A stretch of DNA of 64,000 bases, from contig CAZYNM010000003.1 in NCBI GenBank assembly GCA_964648715.1, forward strand, positions 29,430 to 93,429, read 5' to 3'. A program made the translations under genes and the position numbers. Origin of the DNA: an uncultured Pseudomonadales bacterium. Lineage in GTDB: Bacteria > Patescibacteriota > Microgenomatia > UBA1400 > PJMF01. The notes under the pieces were generated by a model. It was not told the origin of the DNA. It did not search any database and saw nothing but the letters and a program-made list of their open reading frames with translations. This document shows positions 10,258-20,113 of the stretch, in pieces. The stretch's first letter is position 1. Each line of letters starts with the position of its first letter.

Positions 10258-11973
10258 GTGACGGGTTGTGTGTATTGCTACGCAACACAACCATACTAGC
10301 GCAAGCAATGTGCTCACCTCTCCCATTCTTCGTACTGGTGTTGTTCCCGTGAAAGAAACGGTTATAACGTGTGAACCAGTAGGTACTTGTATCTGGAGCA
10401 GGCCTTTGTAAGTGGAACTATAGAGACCCGGCTCAACTGTTTTACCATCTATATCTATGTGCCAACCAGGAAAAGCTAATCGCTTGTGAATAACAACTGT
10501 TGGTGACGGAAAAGTAACATGATATACCATCCGTGTCCCCGTAAGTTCCGTAAACGCGGGGTTTTCTCTAGTGATACTACTCCATGTGCTGGCTGGTGTA
10601 TTTAGTGTGGCCTCAGCCTGATAAATGATAGGATCTGACAGTGGATAACTGCGGAGCGCACCCACCGGTCTGTGTTCATCATAACTTGATCCCAGTATGA
10701 CACTCTCGTACCACTCGTAGTCATTACGGCTAAAACTACTTCGCGGGAATCCATAGGTGCTAGTTGTGACAACTACCCCAACTGCAAGTGATGCCATGAG
10801 TAGTAGCCTTAGTCTTGGTCTTGCTGGTGATGCAGTAAGAAAAAGTGCTGCAATGAAACTTAGTGCATTGAGCACCCACAGCAACCTCCAAGGAAACTGA
10901 ATAATCTGTAACAAACTACTGTGATCCCACAGTGGCTGAGATCTAAGTGTCATAAGAAAGAATGTTATAGCACCAGTAGTTGCGACAATTAGTAGGACCC
11001 ATTTTGTTTGGGCTCGCTTGCTACGTATGAGTACATACCCCACCAGAACGATGGTGCTGCAGATACTTATTCCTAGCTGAACAACGTCTTCAAAGTAAGG
11101 GCTCTTAAGGATGGTCCGGGTGATGTCAATAAATGTCCAAGCTGGTAACAGATGTCCCTTGTATTGGAGAAGTGAAGAACTTTCTTTATAGGCAATGAAG
11201 TGTACCTCACCCACTGCGGGGAAAAGATAGAAGCCGCTGAGCATCACAGCTACAAGGCAACAGTAGAACATGTATGCCGTAGCCGATACCCAATATGTTC
11301 TGGGCAGTCGCCTATCAATCACAAGAATACACAGCCAAGCTAACAACACTATTCCCAATGCTAGAAGTGATGGCACATGGGAGAGAATTGCTGCAGCTCC
11401 AATAACACCCAGAAGCGTACTGGTGAGAATGCGCATGTGAAGTAAACGATAGTATTTAATGAAGTAATAACAAGACAGAAGCGCAGCTGGAACAAGCGAA
11501 CTTAAAAAGATTTCACCAAGTGCTCCTCTCCAGTACACTTGCAAAAACGTGTAGGGATTTGCGAGGTATGCACATGCAATGAGAACTGCACACCATGTTT
11601 GAGGAACAAACTCGCGTGCGAGCTGAAATGCAGCCAGTGCCGCAAAAATACAGGCTGCAAGGACAGACAAGAGCAAACTTGCCTGAATACTCAACCCGAG
11701 CGTGTGAAGAAGGCTGCTCGTTATATATGGAAGTGGATAGGTGTAATTGAAAACAGGATACCCAAAACCGTCGCTGAGGTTTGGAGCCCATCTTGGAGGA
11801 AATTGACCTTGCTGAAGTGCAAGGTAGTAGTTTGCTGCTCGTGCCGCATGCAGTTCGTAATCATCTGACTCAAAGAGTTGACCAAGCAACAAAAAACGAA
11901 ATAAGCAAATCACAATGAGGACAACAGACACATAGGGGAAAAGCGAGCGACCTAGGGTCCAAAGGTTTTTCAT
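10207..11973 (-). CDS. large GT-C-like polytopic membrane protein with C-terminal beta-sandwich-like domain (paralog of 6574-8292)
   Basis: Has the FESDDYELH acidic motif after TM1, shares the motifs listed for 6574-8292, and overlaps the upstream gene stop by ATGA (operon). Confidence 0.5.
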   Translation of the reverse strand: MKNLWTLGRSLFPYVSVVLIVICLFRFLLLGQLFESDDYELHAARAANYYLALQQGQFPPRWAPNLSDGFGYPVFNYTYPLPYITSSLLHTLGLSIQASLLLSVLAACIFAALAAFQLAREFVPQTWCAVLIACAYLANPYTFLQVYWRGALGEIFLSSLVPAALLSCYYFIKYYRLLHMRILTSTLLGVIGAAAILSHVPSLLALGIVLLAWLCILVIDRRLPRTYWVSATAYMFYCCLVAVMLSGFYLFPAVGEVHFIAYKESSSLLQYKGHLLPAWTFIDITRTILKSPYFEDVVQLGISICSTIVLVGYVLIRSKRAQTKWVLLIVATTGAITFFLMTLRSQPLWDHSSLLQIIQFPWRLLWVLNALSFIAALFLTASPARPRLRLLLMASLAVGVVVTTSTYGFPRSSFSRNDYEWYESVILGSSYDEHRPVGALRSYPLSDPIIYQAEATLNTPASTWSSITRENPAFTELTGTRMVYHVTFPSPTVVIHKRLAFPGWHIDIDGKTVEPGLYSSTYKGLLQIQVPTGSHVITVSFTGTTPVRRMGEVSTLLALVWLCCVAIHTTRHLIPNPIHFPLRIRNLK

Positions 11974-13610
11974 GGAGTGTGTGGCGCGTACTTAAGTAGT
12001 TCATACACAGCTGTTCCATCGTCATAGGTAATGGTCTCAACAACTGCCAGCGATGAGGCAACTGCCGAGGATCGTCGGCACTCAGTCTCTGCAATATAGA
12101 GTGTAGTCTCAGAAAGTGTCCCAAAGTCACAGCTCCCATGCGTAAATGCATATTTACCTATATGAGTTTCTTCCTGCATCCTCTCTAGTGGGTGTTGTTG
12201 TAATTCAGAAAGTGGTAGCGCGCCAGCAAGTGAAAAGTATGCATACAGTGGACGCAAATCATTGACCACTCGTACGCTTTGATAGCTGGTGCTGAGGCGT
12301 ACAACAGCTTCGGCAATCTTGGTGTATGGGGTGTTCCGGTACCATGGCTGGTATACTTTTTGTTGTACTTCCAGTTGCAGTAAAAAGTAGCCTACTTGCC
12401 ACAAAATGAACGGAACAAAAACGATAGAGACCAGTGTCTGCCAACGTTGACGTGTAGAAAGAATTTTTTCCCAGCCAAGGGTGATAAAGTATGCCAATGC
12501 TAGACAGAGGGGAACAGTTCTAATAATGCTTGGTGTTTCTTGATATGTGAGTGCTGCAGGGATTGGTGCAAGAAGCGCCACTGCAAGTGCAAACAAAGCA
12601 GGGGTGTCTTTTCTTCGTGCCGCCACAAAGAGACCAATGAGTAAAAGTGGGAGCTCAAATACATACAATAATCCATGAAAAGGAATTACATATCGTTTGG
12701 GTTCTCCCCCTTTGAAGAACAAGAAATCTGGCGAAAAGTAGGAAAGGTATTCTCGTATAACACTCAAGCCATATATAGCAGGCTTGTTGTAAAAGGTCCG
12801 TATGACTGAGTGTGAAGCAAGTGGTGTTGCACTAAAGGTCTGCTCTGTAATGCGGATTTGAGGCTCTTTGTTTCCTAGTATGCCAACAGCAGCGAGTCGT
12901 GAACTGCTTTCTTGCACCAGCAAAGAAAGGACAATAATTCCAACGATACTTACTAAGTACATACTTGCTTTATGAAGCGGAAGGCGCTTTTTGAGCCACA
13001 GCCAAGCAATGCAGCTCGCAAACAACACAGGTAAAAATACTTTGGCAGAATGGTAACTATATAGGGCACCAAAAGTGAGAATAAACCACAGAAAAAAATG
13101 TAATGGACTATATTTGCGTACCAAGCTGAGAAAAAAGTAGATTGCCCATACACTCAGCGATAGTGACAATATTACTTCTTGTGTTGCTCTGCTCAACATA
13201 ATGTGCCACGGCGAGCAAGCAAGTACCGCCACAATCAACACTCCAACACGTTCTTGTCCTTCTCTTTTACAGAGAAGATAGCAGCCATACATACTTAACA
13301 GACCAAGCAACACAGCAGGTAGACGAGCAGCAGTCGGTGTAACTCCAAGTGCAAGCACAAAGGGAATCTGCAAGTATGAGTAGAGAGCTGGCTTTGGGTC
13401 GATCAGAGAATGCAGGCTTAATGGCAGAAATCGGCCATCTTCATCACGTGCCGTAGTTGCAAGTGATTGTGCATTCAGTAAAAAAGAAACCTCATCTGCA
13501 TGCATGCCTTGGGGAGTGGTTCCTAAATGAAAGAGTCGAAGAACTGCTGCAATGATAAAGAACACAGCAAGCATTAGACTTGTGCCAGAAATGCGTGGTG
13601 TCTTTTTCAT
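11970..13610 (-). CDS. ArnT/PMT-family GT-C glycosyltransferase (undecaprenyl/dolichyl-phosphate-sugar-dependent transferase-like)
   Basis: N-terminal block LAVFFIIAAVLRLFHLGTTPQGMHADEVSF is the classic GT39/GT83 loop-1 signature. It has ~12 TM segments and a soluble C-terminal domain. Confidence 0.7.
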   Translation of the reverse strand: MKKTPRISGTSLMLAVFFIIAAVLRLFHLGTTPQGMHADEVSFLLNAQSLATTARDEDGRFLPLSLHSLIDPKPALYSYLQIPFVLALGVTPTAARLPAVLLGLLSMYGCYLLCKREGQERVGVLIVAVLACSPWHIMLSRATQEVILSLSLSVWAIYFFLSLVRKYSPLHFFLWFILTFGALYSYHSAKVFLPVLFASCIAWLWLKKRLPLHKASMYLVSIVGIIVLSLLVQESSSRLAAVGILGNKEPQIRITEQTFSATPLASHSVIRTFYNKPAIYGLSVIREYLSYFSPDFLFFKGGEPKRYVIPFHGLLYVFELPLLLIGLFVAARRKDTPALFALAVALLAPIPAALTYQETPSIIRTVPLCLALAYFITLGWEKILSTRQRWQTLVSIVFVPFILWQVGYFLLQLEVQQKVYQPWYRNTPYTKIAEAVVRLSTSYQSVRVVNDLRPLYAYFSLAGALPLSELQQHPLERMQEETHIGKYAFTHGSCDFGTLSETTLYIAETECRRSSAVASSLAVVETITYDDGTAVYELLKYAPHTP

Positions 13611-13617
13611 GTACCAG

Positions 13618-13878
13618 TTACTTTGCGCGAGTTTTTCGTGCAGCTTTCTTGGCTTCTGTGACTACTTTTGCCGCAATTTTTTTTCCTGATGAAACTACCT
13701 TTTTCTTAAATTTGGTTGGGTTTTTCTTATACTCAGTTTGCAACTTCTGTGCTTTCTTTACTCCTGTCTCAGCAAGATGCACAACTTTTTTTCTGTTCTC
13801 TTCTTTGGAAAGGAACGCAGCAGCTGCTCCCAGAGCCATACCTGTAACAAGTGCAAAGAAGCTTTGTTTTTTTGCCAT
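13618..13878 (-). CDS. small lysine-rich protein with N-terminal membrane anchor, unknown function
   Basis: 86 aa with one hydrophobic segment (FALVTGMALGAAAAFL) and a K-rich tail (about one third K/R). Confidence 0.4.
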   Translation of the reverse strand: MAKKQSFFALVTGMALGAAAAFLSKEENRKKVVHLAETGVKKAQKLQTEYKKNPTKFKKKVVSSGKKIAAKVVTEAKKAARKTRAK

Positions 13879-13886
13879 AGCGTTCC

Positions 13887-15314
13887 TTATGGAATGGTTA
13901 TTACTTTGAGTGTATTCGTTCTATCAGAAACACGCCAGTGGGTCCCATGAATAATAATAACGGTTTCTCCGGTTTGTGCTATTCCAAGTTCCTTGATCTT
14001 TGCAACAATCTCGGTGTGAACTAGTTCTGGGCTAGAGAAATCAGTAAGATATGGGATGACTCCGCACACCATTGCTAACTGGTTGTATGTTTGTGCATCA
14101 TGAGTTAATGCATAAATGGTTGGTGCTTCTCTAAAACGTGCTAAGTAACGTGCTGTTCTGCCCGACTCTGTAAGACAAATCACTTTTTCTATGGATAGAG
14201 TGCTCTCATGTGTTCGCTCCTCACGGATCAATGACATTGCCGCATGAGTGACAGCAGTACTTGAATCAACATCCATCACATGTAATTCTGGCGTATGACC
14301 ATGTGTTTCTGTGTATGCTGCAATCTCTGCTTGTGTTTCCACTGCCTTGACAGGGTACTTGCCTATTGTGGTCTCTTCAGAAAGCATGACCGCATCGGTT
14401 CCGTCATATACAGCGTTTGAGACATCGGTCACTTCTGCTCTTGATGGTCTGGGAGAATCAATCATGCTCTTCAGCATCTGGGTGGCAGTGATAACTGGCT
14501 TCGCATACTGTCGTGACTTTTGAATAATAACTTTCTGCCAGTGTGCAAGCTCTTGATAGGGTACCTCTACACCCAGGTCACCGCGAGCCACCATGACCGC
14601 ATCACTTGCGCGAACAATTTCCTCTAGGTTATCAAGCGCCGCTTGATTTTCAATTTTGGCAACAATGCGGGCTGTTAGGGTACGTCGATGTAACTCATCA
14701 CGTAAAATTGCGATATCTTGTGCGTTGCGTACAAATGACAATGCCACATAATCAACGAGTTCATTAGTGGCAGCAGACAAATGTACAAGGTCTTTTTCAA
14801 TGAGTGAGGGAAGATTGATCATAACTCCAGGAGTATTGAGTGTTTTTCGCTTTTTGATGGTGAGTTTTTCGTGAACTCTGGCATAGACCCCCGTGTCATC
14901 TTTTCTCGTAATGGTGAACTCGCCTGCTCCATCCTCTATCAGGACAGTGTTCCCTGGCTGAAGGGCGTGCACGACATCCACTGGTAAGATAATTGCTTTG
15001 CCAACTTGTGATGCGCGATCCAAGTGATAGGTAAAGAGCACCTCTTCATCTGCTTCTGTTTCGAACGCATCTTGTCCGTTGGGGAGCTCTGTTCTAATTT
15101 CTGGACCTTGAAGGTCAATTAACACTGCAATTGGTTTACCTAAGCGTTGTGCAACTGCACGAACCCGCTTGATGCGCTCATGATGCCATGCTGGTTCGTT
15201 ATGTTTGGTATTGAAACGAGCAACATTCATGCCAGCATGAATAAGTGCTTCAATAGTTTCTTCAGATTCTGTGGCGGGACCGATGGTAGCTACGATTTTT
15301 GTTTTTTTTATCAT
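13887..15314 (-). CDS. pyk: pyruvate kinase
   Basis: N-terminus KIVATIGPATESEETIEALIHAGMNVARFN matches the canonical PK barrel start, and the 475-aa length fits. Confidence 0.9.
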   Translation of the reverse strand: MIKKTKIVATIGPATESEETIEALIHAGMNVARFNTKHNEPAWHHERIKRVRAVAQRLGKPIAVLIDLQGPEIRTELPNGQDAFETEADEEVLFTYHLDRASQVGKAIILPVDVVHALQPGNTVLIEDGAGEFTITRKDDTGVYARVHEKLTIKKRKTLNTPGVMINLPSLIEKDLVHLSAATNELVDYVALSFVRNAQDIAILRDELHRRTLTARIVAKIENQAALDNLEEIVRASDAVMVARGDLGVEVPYQELAHWQKVIIQKSRQYAKPVITATQMLKSMIDSPRPSRAEVTDVSNAVYDGTDAVMLSEETTIGKYPVKAVETQAEIAAYTETHGHTPELHVMDVDSSTAVTHAAMSLIREERTHESTLSIEKVICLTESGRTARYLARFREAPTIYALTHDAQTYNQLAMVCGVIPYLTDFSSPELVHTEIVAKIKELGIAQTGETVIIIHGTHWRVSDRTNTLKVITIP

Positions 15315-15433
15315 GCGGTTATTATCACCCCTTTTTGTATCTGCTACAAGAGTAGTTTCATCTTTTACTTGCCATTCTTTTTGTCTTGCAGTAGAGTGAG
15401 TGAATCACGCATGTTCACTACAGGAAAGGAACT

Positions 15434-15943
15434 ATGGATACTTCAGATACCAAACAACTCTCATCGGCAGATGATGTAGCACTTGCTGCATTGTCAGAAG
15501 CAAGTCAAGCGACTGCGCCCACGGGCACAGATGAAGCTGCTGCATCAGATTCATTGGCAGAGACTCTCACCCATTTACAAAATATTTTGGAGCGATATGC
15601 CACTGAACTTGAAACAGTAGGCAAACAAATCAAAGAAAAACGTGAGAGTATGCAGAGTATTTTTGAAAATGACTCGCAACTTTCTGAAGCACAAGAGGCA
15701 GCACAAACCGCAACAAAAAAATCAAAAGAACGAAAATCGCAACTTAACAGTAACGCTGAAGTTGTCGCAATTAAAAATCAACTTGCTGAGCTTGCTGAAC
15801 AACGCAAAGAAATTGAGGAAACAATTAGCAACCACCTGCTCAACTACTACAAAATTACCAACTCCAAGAGTTTTGATACAAGTGATGGTGATCAGTGGGA
15901 TTTTGATATAAAGGCTCGTGTGAAGCCTCGTCGTAAAGCATAA
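15434..15943 (+). CDS. hypothetical acidic coiled-coil protein
   Basis: 169 aa, E/Q/K-rich with heptad-like repeats, and no recognisable motif. Confidence 0.4.
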   Translation: MDTSDTKQLSSADDVALAALSEASQATAPTGTDEAAASDSLAETLTHLQNILERYATELETVGKQIKEKRESMQSIFENDSQLSEAQEAAQTATKKSKERKSQLNSNAEVVAIKNQLAELAEQRKEIEETISNHLLNYYKITNSKSFDTSDGDQWDFDIKARVKPRRKA

Positions 15944-15971
15944 TGCCATACACTGTATGGTAGACACAAAA

Positions 15972-15999
15972 ATACCGCTCTTTCGAGCGGTATTTTTTT
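15972..15999. terminator. bidirectional rho-independent terminator between convergent genes
   Basis: ATACCGCTC-tttc-GAGCGGTAT hairpin flanked by an A-run upstream and a T-run (TTTTTTT) downstream. Confidence 0.75.
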
Positions 16000-16027
16000 A
16001 TTTCATTCTGGACTAGGTACAGAAGGA

Positions 16028-16282
16028 TTATTGATTTAAGCGCTCCGCAATGCGCTGAAGCACTTGTGGAGAGATATTCTTCATGCGTTTCAAAGTGCGG
16101 GCACGTTTCTGCAAACGGTTATGCGCAATTTTCTTTACAGCACGAACGCGGGATGGTTTTTGGTACACAGCCCGATCTTTTGCTTTTTGCACGATATCAG
16201 TAATAGCAACTGCTTTCTTGAATCGGCGAATAAGGTCACCCACATTGCTATCTGAACCATGTGGTTTAATGACTATTGGCAT
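16028..16282 (-). CDS. rpsU: 30S ribosomal protein S21
   Basis: MPIVIK...RRFKKA...VYQKPSRVRAVKKIAHNRLQKRAR is an S21-like basic pattern (RRFK..., FYEKPS-like). The start is set to the internal Met of the ORF. Confidence 0.65.
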   Translation of the reverse strand: MPIVIKPHGSDSNVGDLIRRFKKAVAITDIVQKAKDRAVYQKPSRVRAVKKIAHNRLQKRARTLKRMKNISPQVLQRIAERLNQ

Positions 16283-16312
16283 CTCTCTCACCTCCTTTCT
16301 GTAAGACTGGTA

Positions 16313-16666
16313 TTATATATCAGTTGGAGGTTTTTGCCATCCACCTAAAATATGAACATGGATATGGTGCACCATTTGCACTTCTCGTCCCACATTCATA
16401 ACTAAGCGATAGTTATTGCCAATGCCTACCACCTCTGCCACTCTGCGTGCAGTTTGGAGGAGTACTTTATGAAAATGGCCGTTACTCATTTCCACATCTT
16501 CAAGAGTAGGGAACGGCTCTTTGGGAATAAGCAGAACGTGGACGGGTGCCTGGGGATGTATATCATCAATGGCAATGAATTCTGTATCCTCGTAACGCAC
16601 AGTTGCAGGGATCTCACCAGCAATAATTTTGCTAAAAATACTGGGAGTGTGTGCTGACTTTGCCAT
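16313..16666 (-). CDS. HIT-family nucleotide hydrolase/transferase
   Basis: Histidine-triad motif HHIHVHILGG near the C-terminus, and the ~117-aa size fits. Confidence 0.85.
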   Translation of the reverse strand: MAKSAHTPSIFSKIIAGEIPATVRYEDTEFIAIDDIHPQAPVHVLLIPKEPFPTLEDVEMSNGHFHKVLLQTARRVAEVVGIGNNYRLVMNVGREVQMVHHIHVHILGGWQKPPTDI

Positions 16667-16669
16667 AGC

Positions 16670-17545
16670 CTACTTTCTATACAGTTCTTGTACGAGAGTC
16701 ACTACTTCTTGCAAACTAAGAGTACTGGCAGTTTGATTGCGGTGTTTTTGAGAACCATTGATAAGCATTTTCCCACTGGGGTGATAATACCATGTAGCGT
16801 GAGGATCTTTTTTTTGAATAGCTTCAGACAGTGCTGCAAGCGTGACTGGGGCATCGGGTCGTAATTTAATACGAATATGCCCAAGCATTGGATCTTTTTT
16901 GATGACCAGCATATAGCCTTGCTTTTGCGCAAGCTTGATAGTGTCATCATTGCTGGTAAGTAGTGCTAGAGCCTCCCCGAAAGGTAAAGTGAATGTGGTA
17001 TCAGCTGTTTTTAATTCTTTTTCGGCAGCTACGCGTTGCCTCAGCGCCGCGTAGACCATATCCAGTGATTGGAGACCATACTGCATTTGATGATCATCAC
17101 TAAAACGGTCTGTACTCTCCCCTCCGCGCAAAATCTCGTGAAGCATAAACGTGTAGCGTTCATGACCAGACTCTGGCCAATCGATTTCACCAAAATGATC
17201 AATCTCAGTAATAAATTGGCTCATAATGCCTAAAGCACTATCATCAGCCAAATCTGGATGGAGTCGACAGACATGATCGTAGGTCAAGGAAGTTGCACAA
17301 ATGTGCTCACTTCCACGTTCTGGCTGGTGGTGATCAAACTCTCCAAGACCTGTATCAACATGCATGACAGCATGTGGTTCACAGCCTTGGGATAGAATTT
17401 CTGCGGTAGAAAGAGTAGCACCTGGATTAACAAATGCAGTTTTGGCTTCTGCATAGTGTTGTGCATCAAAACGGGTAAGCATCCACACTGCCCCGATGGC
17501 ATCAAGGTCTGGTGCATGGTGTGTGACAAGGAGTTGGTACTTCAT
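16670..17545 (-). CDS. DHH-family phosphoesterase (NrnA-like nanoRNase/pAp phosphatase)
   Basis: Motif I THHAPDLDAIGA (HxxPDxDxxG) and a downstream DHH motif (FDHHQPE). The start is set at MKYQLL (ATG at 17545). Confidence 0.65.
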   Translation of the reverse strand: MKYQLLVTHHAPDLDAIGAVWMLTRFDAQHYAEAKTAFVNPGATLSTAEILSQGCEPHAVMHVDTGLGEFDHHQPERGSEHICATSLTYDHVCRLHPDLADDSALGIMSQFITEIDHFGEIDWPESGHERYTFMLHEILRGGESTDRFSDDHQMQYGLQSLDMVYAALRQRVAAEKELKTADTTFTLPFGEALALLTSNDDTIKLAQKQGYMLVIKKDPMLGHIRIKLRPDAPVTLAALSEAIQKKDPHATWYYHPSGKMLINGSQKHRNQTASTLSLQEVVTLVQELYRK

Positions 17546-17799
17546 ATGATCTGTGCAATGATTATAGCACCAGGCAAAAAAATAACCCACCGTAACAGCC
17601 ATACAATACTTTTTTAAGGAGTGATTGTAGAAGAGTTACCGTGGGTTCCTCACCGGAATGTATGAGTACTATAGCTCTGGATACAGATATTACCCAGTAG
17701 GAAAATGTGCCGTACAATGCAGCTATAGCACCTGTCCTAGATATCCCAAATTTTTCTTATAAGATATAATATTTCTTGCACTTACTGCGTTAGTCTAGA

Positions 17800-18003
17800 T
17801 CAAAAGATATACGAAAATTGACAATGACCTTGTGTATCTGGATGTCGCTCTTGTACAACACACTTGAGCGGTGGTTTACACTGAAAACGTGGGGTGTTGG
17901 CAGCTATTCCTCCGCAAGCTTGGCCGTAACGGAAGAATTGAAACCCCACACCAGCAATGATGGCAGCTGCCGCCAGTAGATAAAAAAACACTGATGCTTT
18001 CAT
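17800..18003 (-). CDS. small secreted cysteine-containing peptide (67 aa)
   Basis: Signal-peptide-like N-terminus (MKASVFFYLLAAAAIIAGVG) followed by a ~40-aa region with four Cys. It lies 3 nt downstream of proS on the same strand. Confidence 0.35.
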   Translation of the reverse strand: MKASVFFYLLAAAAIIAGVGFQFFRYGQACGGIAANTPRFQCKPPLKCVVQERHPDTQGHCQFSYIF

Positions 18004-18006
18004 AGG

Positions 18007-19734
18007 TTAATACGTCGTAAGCCGGGCGACCACTTCGTCAAAGGCTACGAGCGTTGTGTCAGAAGTAGCGCGCTCTTTCCATTCTACCATCTCTCCTGTT
18101 TTTGCTGATATAACCAAACGAACTGGACAACCTATTAGGTCGGCATCGGCAAACTTTGCTCCAGGTGAGACGTCTCGTTCATCCCAGAGAACCTCTATGC
18201 CATTTTCTTGGAGTTGTGTATAGAGTGTTGCTGCCCGCTCTTCTCCACCTCGTAAAGAAATAAGGTGTACTGCAAATGGCGCTACCTGTTTGGGCCATAC
18301 AATACCTTTATCATCGTGGTGTTTCTCCACAATAGTGGCAAGAGTTCTTCCCAGTCCTATGCCGTAGCAGCCCATGTAGTATTTTTTTGCTTTTCCATCT
18401 TTGTCGGTGAACAAGGCATTTCTCATCAAGGTTGTGTAGTGGTATCCCAGCTGGAAAATATTACCAACTTCAATGCCACGTTTTTCTTTCAGAACGCTTG
18501 TGCCATCTGGTGTGATAAAGCCATCTTGTGCCATGGCGATATCACCTTCATAGGCATGTTTGAAGTCACGGCCGTAATTCACATTGAATGCATCAGTTGT
18601 GTCTTCTTTTTGTCCTCCAATAAAGTTCCTGACAGTCTTAAGCGAGTTATCTGCCACATAGATGACTCGGGCATCACGTTTCTTGTCTGTAGTTTTGCGG
18701 GGAGTTACAAATGTGTGCCCCCAACTATGGACGTAGCCAGTTCTGGTACCCAGTGCAGCTAAATCCTCTTCTGTCGCTTCTTCGAGCTGACCCACCATGT
18801 CTACTACATGCTCGAGCTTTGTCTTGTTGACTTCTAGATCACCTCGTATGGTTGCAATAATGATATCTCCCGCACCGTTGTGATACACCACATTTTTGAG
18901 AAAGTACTTCTTATCTTTGCCATAGTGTTTGACATTGTCATCCATGGTGCGCACCCACGTTGGCTGGTCAATAACCGTGAGGTCTGCCACCGCTTCCTCT
19001 GGATTGATGGCACTTAATTGGAACTGTGCCACGTCTTCATGTGCCACATAGGCACCATCTTCAGAAATAAAGAAGCGACCCTCGCCTTCAGGATGCTCCA
19101 CTTGGTATTCATGGCAGTACTCGCCACCAATGTACCCATTATCGGCAATGACCTTGATAGTAGATAGACCCAGCCGTTCAAAAATACGGGTATAGGTAGC
19201 TGCCATTTCATCGTAAACATTTTTGAATGTCTCAGCACTGGTATCAAATGAATAGGCATCTTTCATTACGAATTCACGAACTCGTAGTAATCCGCCGCGG
19301 GCACGCGCCTCGTCCCTGAACTTGGTGGAAAACTGATAGATATTGAGAGGTAAGTCGCGGTAGCTCATCTGGAACTTTCTCACTACATCTACAAACATTT
19401 CTTCGGCAGTGCCACCTAGCGCAAACTCTGCTTCGTGGCGGTCTTTGATTTTCATGAGCTCAAAACCTGTTGTGCTAGTACGGTTCGTTTCTTTCCACAA
19501 CTCAAGTGGATGCAGGACTGGAGTGATCATCTCTTGTCCACCTACCGCGTCCATTTCTTCTTTAATTATCTTTTTTATTTTTTCGTGAACACGCCACCCA
19601 AGCGGCAAGAAAAAGTAACGCCCAGCGGTTGATTCAGCGATAAAACCACCACGAGTGAGATATTGATAACTTGCTAGTTGTGAGCCGCTTTGCTCTCCAT
19701 ATCTGGTTTTGCCAAATAACTTTGAGTACTTCAT
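18007..19734 (-). CDS. proS: prolyl-tRNA synthetase (class II, bacterial type with insertion domain)
   Basis: Class II aaRS layout. N-terminal SQLASYQYLTRGGFIAES resembles the ProRS start (SQLL.RAG...), the 575-aa length fits, and a T-box leader lies upstream. Confidence 0.75.
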   Translation of the reverse strand: MKYSKLFGKTRYGEQSGSQLASYQYLTRGGFIAESTAGRYFFLPLGWRVHEKIKKIIKEEMDAVGGQEMITPVLHPLELWKETNRTSTTGFELMKIKDRHEAEFALGGTAEEMFVDVVRKFQMSYRDLPLNIYQFSTKFRDEARARGGLLRVREFVMKDAYSFDTSAETFKNVYDEMAATYTRIFERLGLSTIKVIADNGYIGGEYCHEYQVEHPEGEGRFFISEDGAYVAHEDVAQFQLSAINPEEAVADLTVIDQPTWVRTMDDNVKHYGKDKKYFLKNVVYHNGAGDIIIATIRGDLEVNKTKLEHVVDMVGQLEEATEEDLAALGTRTGYVHSWGHTFVTPRKTTDKKRDARVIYVADNSLKTVRNFIGGQKEDTTDAFNVNYGRDFKHAYEGDIAMAQDGFITPDGTSVLKEKRGIEVGNIFQLGYHYTTLMRNALFTDKDGKAKKYYMGCYGIGLGRTLATIVEKHHDDKGIVWPKQVAPFAVHLISLRGGEERAATLYTQLQENGIEVLWDERDVSPGAKFADADLIGCPVRLVISAKTGEMVEWKERATSDTTLVAFDEVVARLTTY

Positions 19735-20000
19735 ATGATCCTTAGGTACCTGGTCCTCCTACAAAAAAACCTCACCAACTTTCTCAGCAAGAGCTGAAAA
19801 AACTGATGAGGGTTTTTGTGGTGTACAAAAACGGTACCACCTCACTATGTTTGAATAATCACTTATTCAAACCTTAGAAACTGCACGTGCAGTTTAGAAG
19901 GAGATAACGGCTTCTTGCCGGATGTGTTAGTACCATATCTCTCTACAGACAATCATGGATGTTCACACCAGTCTCTTCTTTCAAGACTTGCAGGTAGGAA
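19735..20000 (-). promoter_or_regulatory. T-box riboswitch leader upstream of proS
   Basis: Minus-strand sequence GAGGTGGTACCG (T-box consensus AGGGTGGNACCGCG) is followed by a T-run, a hairpin and a TTTTTTT stretch just before the proS ATG. An AGAGAGA-containing stem-I-like region lies further upstream. The 5' extent is approximate. Confidence 0.55.
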
Positions 20001-20113
20001 CTGCAAGGTATGCGCTCAGCATACGACAATTGGCATCATTATACAGCTGATCTTCACTGCATACAAGCTCAGTAAAGTGATGCATTTAGGAAAGTGATAT
20101 AATTGTAAATATA

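Noticed and set aside
19915-20097. A 60-aa plus-strand ORF lies in the proS upstream region.
   Set aside because: It lies within the predicted T-box leader and promoter region. Its Cys/His-rich translation looks non-protein-like.
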